From contig JBJDZH010000005.1 in the NCBI GenBank assembly GCA_051867895.1, forward strand, positions 103,487-167,486: a stretch of 64,000 nt of DNA, read 5' to 3'. Of this stretch, positions 39,523-49,265 are shown piece by piece (the first letter of the stretch is position 1; each line of letters starts with the position of its first letter). The stretch comes from Eubacteriales bacterium. Its GTDB lineage: Bacteria; Bacillota; Clostridia; Oscillospirales; CAG-272. The translations under genes and the position numbers were made by a program. The notes beneath the pieces are model-generated. The model was not told the DNA's origin, ran no database searches, and worked only from the letters and a program-made list of their open reading frames with translations.

Positions 39523-39903
39523 ATGGAAATCGTACTCGGAATCCTTCTGATTCTCGCATCTGTGTTTCTTATCGTCGCAGTTCTTCTTCAGCAGGGCAAA
39601 AGCCGGAATCTGTCCGGCGCCATCGGCGGCGGCACTGCCGAGACCTTCTTCGGCAAGACAAAGTCCGACACGTTCGACAAGAAGCTGTCCCGTCTGACGA
39701 CGATCGTTGCGGTTGTATTTGTTGTTCTGGTGATCGTTATGTATCTGGCGCAGGATACGTCGGATTATTCCGGTTATGTGGCTCCCGACACGTCTGCGGC
39801 AGATAATGTGGATACTGGCGACGGTGTGGATCTGACGACGGATGCCGGTTCTGACGCCGGTGTGGATGGAACGGATGCGTCTGCCTCCGGTGCGGAAGGC
39901 TGA
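39523..39903 (+). CDS. secG: Preprotein translocase subunit SecG with an acidic D/G/T-rich C-terminal extension
   Basis: 126 aa from MEIVLGILLILASVFLIVAVLLQQGKS, with a GGAGG SD. The second TM is TTIVAVVFVVLVIVM. Confidence 0.85.
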   Translation: MEIVLGILLILASVFLIVAVLLQQGKSRNLSGAIGGGTAETFFGKTKSDTFDKKLSRLTTIVAVVFVVLVIVMYLAQDTSDYSGYVAPDTSAADNVDTGDGVDLTTDAGSDAGVDGTDASASGAEG

Positions 39904-39932
39904 GCGTCTGCGGGCAGCAGTTTTTGAATGAG

Positions 39933-39967
39933 ATCGCCTTCGGGGGTTTTCCCGGAGGCGATTTTTG
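39933..39967 (+). terminator. Rho-independent terminator of secG
   Basis: ATCGCCTTCGGG-ggtttt-CCCGGAGGCGAT followed by ttttgt. Confidence 0.7.
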
Positions 39968-39974
39968 TATGGCA

Positions 39975-40795
39975 GAAAGCCAAGGAGAGAGGGTTGCGGG
40001 GGAGAGGAACTTCGGCGTCTGAGATGGTCCTCTCCCCCGCACCACGAAGTGGATGAGATGATATGCGGCAGTAAGGGAACGCAGGGGAACGGAACGCAAG
40101 GGGGGCTTTTTGAAAAAAGCCCCCCCTTGACCCCCAAAAACTTCCATACAAAATGCCCGCCAAAGCACAGCGAAATCCGCTCGCCATCCCTCCGGATGCG
40201 GTGCAGCGCGGCAGAGTGCAGCGGAACTCGTTAGAATTCACCCTGCCCGTCCTTCCCGAAAAACACGTTCGCGCCCGCGCTCCTTGTGTTTTTTGATGGA
40301 GGAATGCTAAATGCCACGTCTATCCCCGGGAGCCAAGGAGAGAGGGTTGCGGGGGAGAGGAACTTCGGCGTCTGAGATGGTCCTCTCCCCCGCATCATGA
40401 GGCGGATGAGATTCATCCATCTATAGTTTTTTCCGCATCACGAGGCGGATGAGATTCATCCATCATACAGGTTTTCCCGCAATCAGAGGCGTCTGTGACG
40501 CAAACGCGGGAATGCGCAGGGGGACGCATGGAAACGCCGCAGGAGCCTTTTGAAATAGAGTCCCCGCGAGGCTGCGCTATGTGTAGATCGACGACTTGCG
40601 CTGCACGCAATGTCGCATCCCAGTGCGAAAACTTTTGAGAAAAAACAGGGATATCGTACAGATTCAGCTATACGGTATCCCTGTTTTTCAGCATGAAAGT
40701 ATCTTGAGGGGGGGCGAGAATTGCGCTTTGCGCATTTCGGGCACTGGGAACTCTTTTCAAAGAGTCCCCCGCGCGTTTTCCTGCGTCTCCACGGT
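39975..40795 (+). repeat. Mosaic repeat cluster 10: a truncated E-F-G, a full forward core with reiterated tail units, then Q-B-P-B'-Q'-A-Z'
   Basis: H1 at 39996-40040 and 40349-40393. Hairpin A ggggggctttttgaaaaaagccccccc at ~40102-40128. Tail repeats (ca[ct]gaggcggatgagattcatcca x2) at 40394-40470. P hairpin at 40639-40688. A-type gggaactcttttcaaagagtccccc at ~40746-40770. Confidence 0.9.
40639..40688. terminator. P-module hairpin, a bidirectional terminator-like element between convergent genes
   Basis: aaaaaaa-CAGGGATATCGTA-cagattcagcta-TACGGTATCCCTG-ttttt. Confidence 0.65.
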
Positions 40796-41878
40796 TTATG
40801 AGATCAGTACGGCGCGGACGGGCGCGCCGTCCAGACGGGCGCATTTCAGCGGCGCCGCCGACAGAAGATACTGCCCGTCCGGCACTTCCGCGAGGCGGAT
40901 CCCCTCCAGTGCAGCGATGCCTGCTGAGAGCAGGCACAGATGAACCGCCGCCGGCGCGGCAGGATCGCCGATGCTCTGCGGCTCCACGCCGACGAGCACG
41001 ATTCCCGCACGCACAATTGCCTGCGCACCGGACAGATCCGGGATCGCGCCGCCGCGCAGCAGCAGCCGGCGGCATCCCGGCGGGATCAGCCGCTCTGCTT
41101 CCTTCTCTCCGAACGTCCCCTCGCAGCTCACCACGTCCGCCTCCCCGATAAACTGGCTCAGCGGCATCTCCGCAATCCCCGCCGCGCCGTCCAGAAAGTG
41201 CAGCGGCGCATCCATGTGCGTCCCGTTGTGCGCGCACATACGCAGATTGGACACATTCACCGCATCGCCCGACGCGATCGACATCACCTGCTCCCGCGAC
41301 GGAGCGATATCGCCGGGGAACACGACGCATGACAAAAGCTCCTGCGTGATGTCGTACAGACGTGTCTCCAGCGTCCGTTCATACGCGATCCGCAGCGCGC
41401 CCGCGTCCGCTCCGCCGGCAAGCCGGATGCTGCCGCAGCGGACGAAGCCGTGCCGCTCCAGAAGCCGCTGCATCGGCAGATTGTCCGGGTGCGTATCCGC
41501 GCGCAGCGAGTCAAAGCCGCGTCCCCGCGCCTCGGCGATCGCTGCGCGGAGGATTTCCCCGCCCGCGCCTGTATGCGGATGCGCTGCCGCAACGCGGTGC
41601 AGTACGGCATACTCTGCCTGCGGGGCGCACCACGCGCCGTCGATTTCGCCGTAGGACGCGTCCGGCCCCGGGATCAGGCTGAACGCGGCGGCGGCAGCGC
41701 TGCCCTCCATGGCGATCCGGCAGACGCCCGAGGCGATATCCGCCGCAGCGTTCTGCGCGCCCGGCTCCCCGTGCTGCCACTGATTTACGCCGCGCGCCCG
41801 CAGCAGAGCGCTCCCCTCTGCGTACAGGCGCGTGAGCGCCTCCGCGTCCTGCGGACGCGCGCATCTGAATTTCATCAT
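40796..41878 (-). CDS. Fusion protein: N-terminal GNAT acetyltransferase plus C-terminal cyclase/kynurenine-formamidase-family domain
   Basis: 360 aa. Residues ~1-165 are GNAT-like (RGRGFDSLRADTHPDNLPMQRLLERHGF). Residues ~170-360 carry the cyclase-family motif HNGTHMDAPLHF. Confidence 0.75.
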   Translation of the reverse strand: MMKFRCARPQDAEALTRLYAEGSALLRARGVNQWQHGEPGAQNAAADIASGVCRIAMEGSAAAAAFSLIPGPDASYGEIDGAWCAPQAEYAVLHRVAAAHPHTGAGGEILRAAIAEARGRGFDSLRADTHPDNLPMQRLLERHGFVRCGSIRLAGGADAGALRIAYERTLETRLYDITQELLSCVVFPGDIAPSREQVMSIASGDAVNVSNLRMCAHNGTHMDAPLHFLDGAAGIAEMPLSQFIGEADVVSCEGTFGEKEAERLIPPGCRRLLLRGGAIPDLSGAQAIVRAGIVLVGVEPQSIGDPAAPAAVHLCLLSAGIAALEGIRLAEVPDGQYLLSAAPLKCARLDGAPVRAVLIS

Positions 41879-41907
41879 ACAAATACCTCCGTTTGGCGTA
41901 CCCGCCG

Positions 41908-41951
41908 CAAAAAGCCGGGGAAAGCATACCCTGCGGACAGCTTTCCCCGGC
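41908..41951 (-). terminator. Rho-independent terminator of the M23 gene
   Basis: The reverse strand reads GCCGGGGAAAGC-tgtccgcagggtat-GCTTTCCCCGGC followed by tttttg. Confidence 0.7.
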
Positions 41952-41957
41952 GCCGGT

Positions 41958-43580
41958 TTATTTCACAATGGCAATTTCCTTTTCCCAGGACGGATAGGGC
42001 GAGACGGGAACGTCAAACACGGAAAGTCCCGCATGGACGCCTGTCTGATTCGTGAAGCCTGTGGAGCCTGCGATGCCGACGACGTCTCCCTTTGTGACCG
42101 AATCGCCGACGGCGACGTTGATCTTCGAGAGATGGCAGTACCAGCTCTTCAGTCCGTAGCCGTGCTCGATCACAAGCGTATTGCCGCCCAGCTCCGTGAA
42201 GCCGGCGAAGATAACCTTGCCGCTGTTGACCGCGTAGATTTCGGAATCGCGCGCGGTAATGTAGTCCACGCCCTCGTGAATGTACGTCACGCCGTTTGCA
42301 AGGATCTTGCGGTTGTGACCGAAGCCGGTCGTGATGATTCCGTCATACGTGCCCTTCTTGACGACTGCCTGAATGAACGTACCCTCCCAGAGCTGCTTGC
42401 CCGTTCCGGAGAGCGCCGTGTCGGAGAGTGCCGTGCGGAAGTCGGCGATCGTCTTGTCGGTACGCGTCGCGTTCAGGATTGCGGCGCTCACGTCGTACTG
42501 GAAATAGCGCACGTTGCGCTGCGTGACGTTCAGCGTCAGATCCTCGCTGACGCCGCCGTACTTAAAGGTGAGCGTATAGTCTCCCGCCGCCAGCTCGCAC
42601 CGGATCGGGAGCAGCGCGATGGCGTAATCGCCGTCCTGATAGAACACGGGCGTGTAGCCGATGTCCGGCGAGGAGGAGAACTGGATCCGGGACACATCCG
42701 CGATGTTGCGCGCGGAAACGACAGTAAACTGCCCGTTCTCGATGCTTGTCTCCCCGAGGAAGAACTCCGCGGCGGCGGCTACGTCCGCCGTGAAGGCGTA
42801 CTTCATCTCGCCGTAGTAATCGCGGGCGGCGTCCTCATACCATTTCGCCTCGATTTCGACGTCGAGTGTAACGCTGCGTCCGATGGAGAGCGTGTCGATC
42901 TTGTCGTAGAGATCGTTGAACACGACCTCGCCGGTCGTCTTGTCCGTCAGCTTTACGCTGAAATGATCCGGCTTCAGAGTGAAGCCGAGCAACAGAGAGC
43001 CCTCGACGGAGACCTTCTGGGCAGAGGAGGAGACGGGCGTCTCGCATGCAACGTATGTACCCGCCGAATTCTTGTACATCCATGTGGCGGAATCGGGCAG
43101 CGTGCCTTCCGCGTCTGCGACAAGCAGCTTCGGAACGACGGCGTTCACATAGAGGCTGACGGCGTAGCGACCCTCAATGAATTCGGCGGCGTATTTCTCG
43201 GGAATGGCGAACGTCTCACCCGCGCCGTTCACATAGTACGCCTGAGAGGCGTCCGTGGAGAAATAATACTGATATTCCGCGCTTTGCTGGACGCTGTCCA
43301 TCTTTACCTTGAAAAACGAGGTGCCGACAAGCGGATCGGGCAGAGAGGAGACCTTCTGCGAGGCGGCGTTCATTTTGAGGAAGAAATCGATCATCTCGTC
43401 ATCCTTTTCCGCGCCGCGCGTAAAGGTGAACGTGTTTCCCGCCAGATCGGCAAGCTCCATCGTGCGGATATTTTTTTCCGACACGGGCGCGCTGTTTGTC
43501 CGGTTGTACGAGACAATGGCGACGACGGACGGAATGAAGATCGCCACGGCGAGCAGCGCCATAATGATCTTGTTTTTCAT
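41958..43580 (-). CDS. Membrane-anchored M23/LytM-domain protein (LytM domain apparently lacking the second metal-binding His)
   Basis: 540 aa. N-terminal TM (IIMALLAVAIFIPSVVAIV). C-terminal LytM domain with HEGVDY (HxxxD) but GSTGFTNQTGVHAGL where canonical enzymes have HxH. Confidence 0.8.
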   Translation of the reverse strand: MKNKIIMALLAVAIFIPSVVAIVSYNRTNSAPVSEKNIRTMELADLAGNTFTFTRGAEKDDEMIDFFLKMNAASQKVSSLPDPLVGTSFFKVKMDSVQQSAEYQYYFSTDASQAYYVNGAGETFAIPEKYAAEFIEGRYAVSLYVNAVVPKLLVADAEGTLPDSATWMYKNSAGTYVACETPVSSSAQKVSVEGSLLLGFTLKPDHFSVKLTDKTTGEVVFNDLYDKIDTLSIGRSVTLDVEIEAKWYEDAARDYYGEMKYAFTADVAAAAEFFLGETSIENGQFTVVSARNIADVSRIQFSSSPDIGYTPVFYQDGDYAIALLPIRCELAAGDYTLTFKYGGVSEDLTLNVTQRNVRYFQYDVSAAILNATRTDKTIADFRTALSDTALSGTGKQLWEGTFIQAVVKKGTYDGIITTGFGHNRKILANGVTYIHEGVDYITARDSEIYAVNSGKVIFAGFTELGGNTLVIEHGYGLKSWYCHLSKINVAVGDSVTKGDVVGIAGSTGFTNQTGVHAGLSVFDVPVSPYPSWEKEIAIVK

Positions 43581-43639
43581 GGGCGGATTCCTTTCTGTAT
43601 CGGCGCTCCGGATAAGATCGCCGCAAATATACCGCTTAT

Positions 43640-43668
43640 ATTATACCGTGAACGAGCCGTAAAATCAA
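43640..43668 (-). promoter_or_regulatory. Sigma-A type promoter for the M23 gene
   Basis: The reverse strand reads TTGATT (43668-43663), a 17-nt spacer, then TATAAT (43645-43640). Confidence 0.5.
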
Positions 43669-43699
43669 GCCCTTTCCTGCGCCGCGCGCCGCCGCGCCC

Positions 43700-44350
43700 G
43701 AAAAACTTTTTGTTTGAAGGGGAAGGGATGCTGGGGGAACTTTTTGCATAAAGTTTCCCCCAGTCCCCTTCCTAAAACTTTTGAGGGAAAAAAGGGATAT
43801 CGTACAGGCTGAGCTATACGATATCCCTGTTTTAGTATAAAAGTTTCTGGGGGTGCAGGGGACTCTTTTCAAAGAGTCCCCTGCGCGTTTTTTCCCGCGT
43901 TCCCTGCGCTTGCGTGGCATCTTACCCGCCAGAGGCGTGCGGGGAGAAAACATCTCATCCACCTCGTGTTGCGGGGGAGAGGACCATCTCAAACGCAGGA
44001 GGATTGCGGGGGAGAGGACCATCTCAGACGCCGAAGTTCCTCTCCCCCGCACCCCTCTCTCCTTGGCTGGGGAGGTGGGGACGCTCTTTATCAAAAAAAC
44101 AAGGAGCGCGGCATACAAAACACAGTGAGCGCGTGCGCGAACGTGTTTTTCGGGAGAGACGGACAGGGTGAGGTCTGACGGATTCCGCTGCACTCCGGCG
44201 CGCTGTACGGCATCCGGAGGGATAGAGAACAGATTCCGCTTGTGCTTATACGGGGATTCAGGTTGAAAGTTTTTGGGGGTCAAGGGGGCTTTTTTCAAAA
44301 AGCCCCCTTGTGTTCTCCCCCCGTCTCCCCTGCATCTGCGTTTCCGCGTG
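43700..44350 (-). repeat. Mosaic repeat cluster 11: B-A-B-P-B'-A, then a reverse-oriented full core with 2 tail units
   Basis: Hairpin A at ~43733-43761, 43855-43884 and ~44281-44310. P at 43788-43833. Tail units at 43938-44005. H1 at 44006-44050. Confidence 0.92.
43788..43833. terminator. P-module hairpin, terminator-like
   Basis: aaaaaa-GGGATATCGTA-caggctgagcta-TACGATATCCC-tgtttt. Confidence 0.65.
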
Positions 44351-44368
44351 GGCAGACATGACGTTCTT

Positions 44369-45901
44369 TCAGGGATTGATCTTTTTCAGATCCGCGAGCA
44401 GGGCGGACAGACCGGATTCGGCTTTTTTCGCGGTGGATTCATACACGCTCATGACGACCATGTTTTTCTGTGCGACGGCGGTATGAAGCGTATTGTTCAC
44501 ATAGGCGAGGCGGTTGGCGTATTCATTGCAGAAGTCCTTGCAGGAACTGTCCACGATCAGATCAATCATTTTCGCGGAGTTGGCGTCGCGGGCGTATTTG
44601 GTTTTGAGGGCGACTTCGTAGCATTTTTCCGTTACGCTCCGGTATCCCTCGGCGCACAGCGCCTCCAGTACCGCGCAGACGGACGCGAAACGCTCGTCGC
44701 TGACGGTCACCGGTACGGACGCATTCGTCGAATGACCGTATACAATGGTTTTGTACCCTGTCTGCTCCTCGTCAAACTTCGGAACCGGCAGAATCGCATA
44801 ATCCGCTTTCATGTCGCGCATCGCCGCTTTGGTAGAGGAAAGAAGCACATCCGGCAAAAACAGGCACTTCCCCTCCACAAAGGCGGGAACCATGTTGGCT
44901 TCATTTGAACCGGCGGCAATCACGGCGGCGCTTTCGTTGTAAAATAGATTGATGAGCTTTTCCGTCAGAGTTACCGCGCGCTCATCCGGCGGCTTCAGTG
45001 CGACGCATCCATCCTCGCCGCGCGTAAAGAAGAATACGTCGGAGCCGGCGGCGAAATAGTCGATCGTCTGATACTCATTTCCGTAAAATCCGACGATATC
45101 GCCGTCGTCCAGCGTGCCGCTTCCGTTTACATCGGTGTATACCTGGCGGCTGTACTCGGCGAACGTGTCCAGCGTCCATTTCCCGTCCAGAACCATCTGG
45201 TAGAGCGCGTCCGGATCCCCGAAGTGATCCTCCCATATCTCCTTGTTCGCGTACACGACGGCGGAGGTCAGCAGATTGTTCAGAAGCATGTCACCGATCA
45301 GATACTGGATCGTATTGCCGTCCGGCGACAGATTCAGCATGGATTCCGTCCACCACCACGGCGCATTCAGATCCAGGTACGGCGCCTCCTGAAAAGTGCG
45401 CAGATACTCCACCATGCCGAACTGGATGATGGAATTGTTGGAGGTGATGAACATGTCGTAGTCGCCCGCGCCCGACATGACGACCTGCTGTATTTCCTTT
45501 TTCAGGTCATTCAGACCGGTCGACTGCGAGGGAATGACGTTCAGCGAAACATTCAGCCGTTCTTTGACTTTGCTGTTGCGTTCCCATACGGCGTCAAAGA
45601 CGAGATCTCCGGTGTTGTCCGTGCCGATGACGTCATAATTGAGAACATTCGGAGTGTTGCGCGCAAGTATGGTGATCGTCTCGCCGTTCAGATTCAGCGA
45701 ATCCGGCAGGGAATCCCTGCGGTCGGCGCGTGCCGTTTCACCGTTTCCCGGGTCGGTTGTATCTGTGTCCGGCGCGGCGGTGACTGTCGGGTCTCCGGTC
45801 ACGGGCGCGTCCGGCACATCCTCTTTTGCGCACGAGGCGAGACCCGGGAGCGTCAGCGACGCCAGGACGGCTGCGGTCAGCCGTTTCATGAGGTGAGTCA
45901 T
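44369..45901 (-). CDS. ABC-transporter extracellular solute-binding lipoprotein (large sugar-binding type)
   Basis: 510 aa. Signal peptide with lipobox LPGLAS-C. AGGAGA SD 8 nt before ATG 45901. Divergent from an AraC regulator. Confidence 0.8.
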   Translation of the reverse strand: MTHLMKRLTAAVLASLTLPGLASCAKEDVPDAPVTGDPTVTAAPDTDTTDPGNGETARADRRDSLPDSLNLNGETITILARNTPNVLNYDVIGTDNTGDLVFDAVWERNSKVKERLNVSLNVIPSQSTGLNDLKKEIQQVVMSGAGDYDMFITSNNSIIQFGMVEYLRTFQEAPYLDLNAPWWWTESMLNLSPDGNTIQYLIGDMLLNNLLTSAVVYANKEIWEDHFGDPDALYQMVLDGKWTLDTFAEYSRQVYTDVNGSGTLDDGDIVGFYGNEYQTIDYFAAGSDVFFFTRGEDGCVALKPPDERAVTLTEKLINLFYNESAAVIAAGSNEANMVPAFVEGKCLFLPDVLLSSTKAAMRDMKADYAILPVPKFDEEQTGYKTIVYGHSTNASVPVTVSDERFASVCAVLEALCAEGYRSVTEKCYEVALKTKYARDANSAKMIDLIVDSSCKDFCNEYANRLAYVNNTLHTAVAQKNMVVMSVYESTAKKAESGLSALLADLKKINP

Positions 45902-46072
45902 AGGACAATCTCCTTTCTGATGATATCCATATCATAGCATGTGCGTGCGGAGAGAGATATTATTTTTTGCCGCGATGATACGGAAATAATATCATTTTCT
46001 GCCGCACATGTACTTGACGCGCTCCGCCGTCCGTGCTACAATTGCTGCAACACGGAAAGAGGAGGCGGACGC

Positions 46073-46885
46073 ATGGGAGCAGATATCCGACGGCAGGACA
46101 TCCACGACGACCGGGACGTATGGGTCCACCGGAAAACAACGGCAGGAATGCAGATGCCGACGCACTGGCATACGCATTTTGAGATCCTGCTCGTGTATGA
46201 AGGTGACTGCCGGATCGCGGCGGGAGGGCGGGAATACAATCTGCGGGAGCCTTTTGTCGTTCTGTACCGCCCGTTTACGCCGCACGGTATGACGGTGTCG
46301 GGTACGTATACGCGGAGTATGGTAAATTTCGGCGCGCGGCAGAGGGCGTTGTTCTCCGAGAGGCTGTTTTCTCTTTCATTTTTGGATCGCGCGCCGCTTT
46401 TTCTTGTGCGCATACCGCCAAGCCGGCTTCCGGAGCTGGAAAAGCTGTTCTCCGCTCTGTTCGCCAACCGCGATGATTTCGCGTGCAGCCAGCTCTATCT
46501 GGCGCTGATCGTGAACTGGCTGCGGCTGGAGGAGGGAGACGCGGACGTTTTCACGGAAGCGGAGCCGTATGTGGAGACGGCGCTGCGCTATATGGGGGAA
46601 AATCTGTCGCAGCCGCTGGCGCTGGAGGAAGTGGCGCGGCACTTCGGCGTCGGACGGACAAAGCTGAACCGGGATCTGCGCGAGGCGGTCGGCATGACGT
46701 TCCGACCGTATCTGACAGAGCTGCGGCTGACGCGCGCAAGAGAAATGCTGCTCGACGGCTTCTCTGTGACCCGCACAGCCTTTGAGTGCGGATATTCCGG
46801 CGAATCCCATTTTATCTGCGCTTTCCACCGCCGCTGGGGCGTTACGCCCGGTGCAATGAAAAAACAGGGATATCGTACAGGCTGA
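46073..46885 (+). CDS. AraC-family transcriptional regulator
   Basis: 270 aa from MGADIRRQD (GAGGAGG SD). Cupin-like N-terminal half and C-terminal AraC HTH (FECGYSGESHFICAFHRRWGVTPG). The last 8 codons and the stop lie in the P hairpin. Confidence 0.85.
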   Translation: MGADIRRQDIHDDRDVWVHRKTTAGMQMPTHWHTHFEILLVYEGDCRIAAGGREYNLREPFVVLYRPFTPHGMTVSGTYTRSMVNFGARQRALFSERLFSLSFLDRAPLFLVRIPPSRLPELEKLFSALFANRDDFACSQLYLALIVNWLRLEEGDADVFTEAEPYVETALRYMGENLSQPLALEEVARHFGVGRTKLNRDLREAVGMTFRPYLTELRLTRAREMLLDGFSVTRTAFECGYSGESHFICAFHRRWGVTPGAMKKQGYRTG

Positions 46886-46907
46886 GCTATACGATATCCC
46901 TGTTTTT
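46859..46907. terminator. P-module hairpin, a bidirectional intrinsic terminator shared by convergent genes
   Basis: aaaaaa-CAGGGATATCGTA-caggctgagcta-TACGATATCCCTG-ttttt. The AraC stop TGA (46883-46885) lies in the loop. Confidence 0.75.
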
Positions 46908-47495
46908 GTATAAAAGATACTGGGGGTGGGGGGACTCTTGAAAAGAGTTCTCTGCACGTTTTCCCCGCGTTCCCTGTGCTTGCGCGGCATCTTACCCGCC
47001 AGAGGCGTGCGGGGAGAAAATATATCATCCACCGGAGGAATGAGGAAAGAAATCTCATTTTCCGGACTGTGGAGGAAAAACATATCAAACGCCTCGTGAT
47101 GCAGGGGAGAGGACCATCTCAAACGCAGAGGATTGCGGGGGAGAGGACCATCTCAGACGCCGAAGTTCCTCTCCCCCGCACCCCACTCTCCTTGGCTCTC
47201 GGGGAGATGGGGTGCGTTCCGAATCCAAAAACACAGTGATCGCGTGCGCGAACGTGTTTTTCGGGAGGGCTGGCAGGGTGAATCCTAACAGATTCGGCTG
47301 CACTCTGCCGCGCTGCACGGCATCCGGAGGGATAGCGGGCAGATTCCGCTGTGCTTATACGGGGATTCAGTATGAAAGTTTTTGGGGGTCAAGGGGGGCT
47401 TTTTTCAAAAAGCCCCCTTGCGTTCTCCTGCGCTTTTTCCTGCGTCGTTCTCCCCTGCATTGCGTTCTCCCCCGCATCCTTCTCCCCCGCGCCTG
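46908..47495 (-). repeat. Mosaic repeat cluster 12: B'-A, tail units, then a reverse-oriented full core
   Basis: A-type hairpin at ~46928-46950. Tail units at ~47020-47134. H1 at 47135-47179. Hairpin A ggggggcttttttcaaaaagccccc at ~47393-47417. Z' runs to ~47495. Confidence 0.9.
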
Positions 47496-47659
47496 TTGAG
47501 AAATGGCGGGGAACGTCCGTTTGGGAGCGTGCAGGATCATGATATTGCGTCGGAGCGGATGTTTGCGCACATATCTTGTGCCTTTTCCGCCCGATTTTTC
47601 CACAAAGGGAAGCTACAGTTTTCAACATCCTGTGGAAAACCGTGTGGAAAACCGCAGCG

Positions 47660-49237
47660 TCACGCTGTAAAGCGCGCCATCTTATGCAGGATCTCCCACG
47701 TTCCGGCAATGGTCCGGACCGCAATCACACCGCTGGATACGTCCGAGATGTACTCGTACCGCCCGGCGGGGATGACGATATTCCCCTCGGTGTCCAGCAT
47801 CAGACGCACCCCGTCGGAGAAGCCGGCGACCGCGAGTCCCTCGGAAAACGGACGCGCGTAGTCATAGATCGGCTGCGCGATCCACGCGCCGGTGTAGTCC
47901 ATATAGCCGTATTTTCCATCCTGCTCCAGCAGGATCACGCCGTCCGAGTAGGAGACAATGTCGTATCCCTCCGGGATCGGGAATTCGTTTCCCTCTGTGT
48001 CCATCAGGAAATCCTCGTCCAGCGCAACGCGCTTAAAATTATTGTAGTAGAACATGTGCCAATCCACCACCTGTCGGCGCGCGCGCACCAGACCGTGATC
48101 GTAGTAGTAGAAGCCGATCGACTCCGGACCGCTTGTCAGCGGCGGCAGCAGGAATTCCATCACATACCATTCAAAATAGTAGTAATTGCGCTCTGTCGTG
48201 AACGCCTGATAGCCGCTCTGCCCGATGTAGGTGAGCTGTCCGTTTTCCTTTACGACCGCCGCCAGTCCCTCGCGGAAATCGTACGCCGCCGTGTAATTGT
48301 ATCCGGTGCGGCGCCATGCGGGGGAGTAGCCGTATGCCCAGAGGATGGATTCCTCCCGGGTCTCCTCTCCGTTTTCCTCCGTGATCGTCGTCTGCCGGCG
48401 CGCCAGACGGATCAGAGACGAATCGGTCAGGCCGTAGGACGGCGCATAGTCAAAGTACAGCCCGCGCCCGTCCGTCAGATCCTCGTAGTCGGAGGGCTGC
48501 ATACCGTCCTGCGATACCGTATAATACTCCGCTTCCTCCTCGCTCTTTTTCCAGTTTGTGCGGCGAAAGAGCGGATTGCCGTCCCGGTCACGCGTAAAGG
48601 CGCGTTCGTACATGATCGTTTTGTAGGTCGTCAGATACAGTCCGTCCGCCGTATAGACGCGCGTGTCCGTCCCGTCGTCCATGAGCAGATAGCCCATATA
48701 AAGCTGTACCGCCGGGATCTCCACGGCTTTCTGCGAATAGACCGGCTCCGGCTCGCTCATCTCCTTTGGCCGGACGTAGCTGACGATCGTCTCGTAGCCG
48801 TCGTAAAAGGAGCGTATCTGCGGCAGAAAATCAAAGCCGCCGGCATAGGCAAGGACGGATGTCGAGGCGCTGTACGGCTCGGTCGAGCGAGAGAAGCCCT
48901 GTTCCAGCAGCACCGGCGCACCGGTGGGGGAATAACGGACCGAGCCGCAGAGGCGGAGCACGTCGTCCTCGCTCATCGCCGCCTGCGGGCGGGAGGGCGC
49001 GGGAACGTATACGCGTTCCGTGTCGCCCGGCTTTACAGTCTGCGCCGGAGCGCCGCCGGGGGTCGACTCCTCCCCGCCGAGCGGAGAAAAAATGGACGGC
49101 AGCGAGGCGCCCTCCTCCAGAAAGGAGAAGGTGTAATACCCCTCGGCGAACAATATCACCGCGGCGGTGCAGAGAACAAGCAGCAGGGCAGGCGCCAGGC
49201 GGCGCGCTGCGTGCAGAACGGAATTGCGGATCTTCAT
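47660..49237 (-). CDS. Membrane-anchored WG-repeat (KWG-like beta-propeller repeat) protein
   Basis: ~525 aa. N-terminal TM (LAPALLLVLCTAAVILF). C-terminal repeats of the type DGKYGYMDYTGAWIAQPIYDYARPFSEGLA. ATG 49237 is preferred over 49249 from SD spacing. Confidence 0.7.
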   Translation of the reverse strand: MKIRNSVLHAARRLAPALLLVLCTAAVILFAEGYYTFSFLEEGASLPSIFSPLGGEESTPGGAPAQTVKPGDTERVYVPAPSRPQAAMSEDDVLRLCGSVRYSPTGAPVLLEQGFSRSTEPYSASTSVLAYAGGFDFLPQIRSFYDGYETIVSYVRPKEMSEPEPVYSQKAVEIPAVQLYMGYLLMDDGTDTRVYTADGLYLTTYKTIMYERAFTRDRDGNPLFRRTNWKKSEEEAEYYTVSQDGMQPSDYEDLTDGRGLYFDYAPSYGLTDSSLIRLARRQTTITEENGEETREESILWAYGYSPAWRRTGYNYTAAYDFREGLAAVVKENGQLTYIGQSGYQAFTTERNYYYFEWYVMEFLLPPLTSGPESIGFYYYDHGLVRARRQVVDWHMFYYNNFKRVALDEDFLMDTEGNEFPIPEGYDIVSYSDGVILLEQDGKYGYMDYTGAWIAQPIYDYARPFSEGLAVAGFSDGVRLMLDTEGNIVIPAGRYEYISDVSSGVIAVRTIAGTWEILHKMARFTA

Positions 49238-49265
49238 CGGACACTCCATCTCCCGTGCGGGAATA

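Noticed and set aside
43636-44298. ORFs lying inside repeat clusters (e.g. 43636..44298 220 aa, 63309..63947 212 aa, 50173..50865 230 aa, 46376..47122 248 aa, 39472..40137 221 aa, 18146..18658 170 aa), with recurring peptides such as RGRGPSQTPKFLSPAPLSPWL or GERTISDAEVPLPR
   Set aside because: The shared peptides only reflect translation of the conserved H1 and other hairpins on both strands. Copies differ by indels that break the frames, both strands are open (palindromes), and there are no consistent starts or SDs. I treat them as non-coding repeats.
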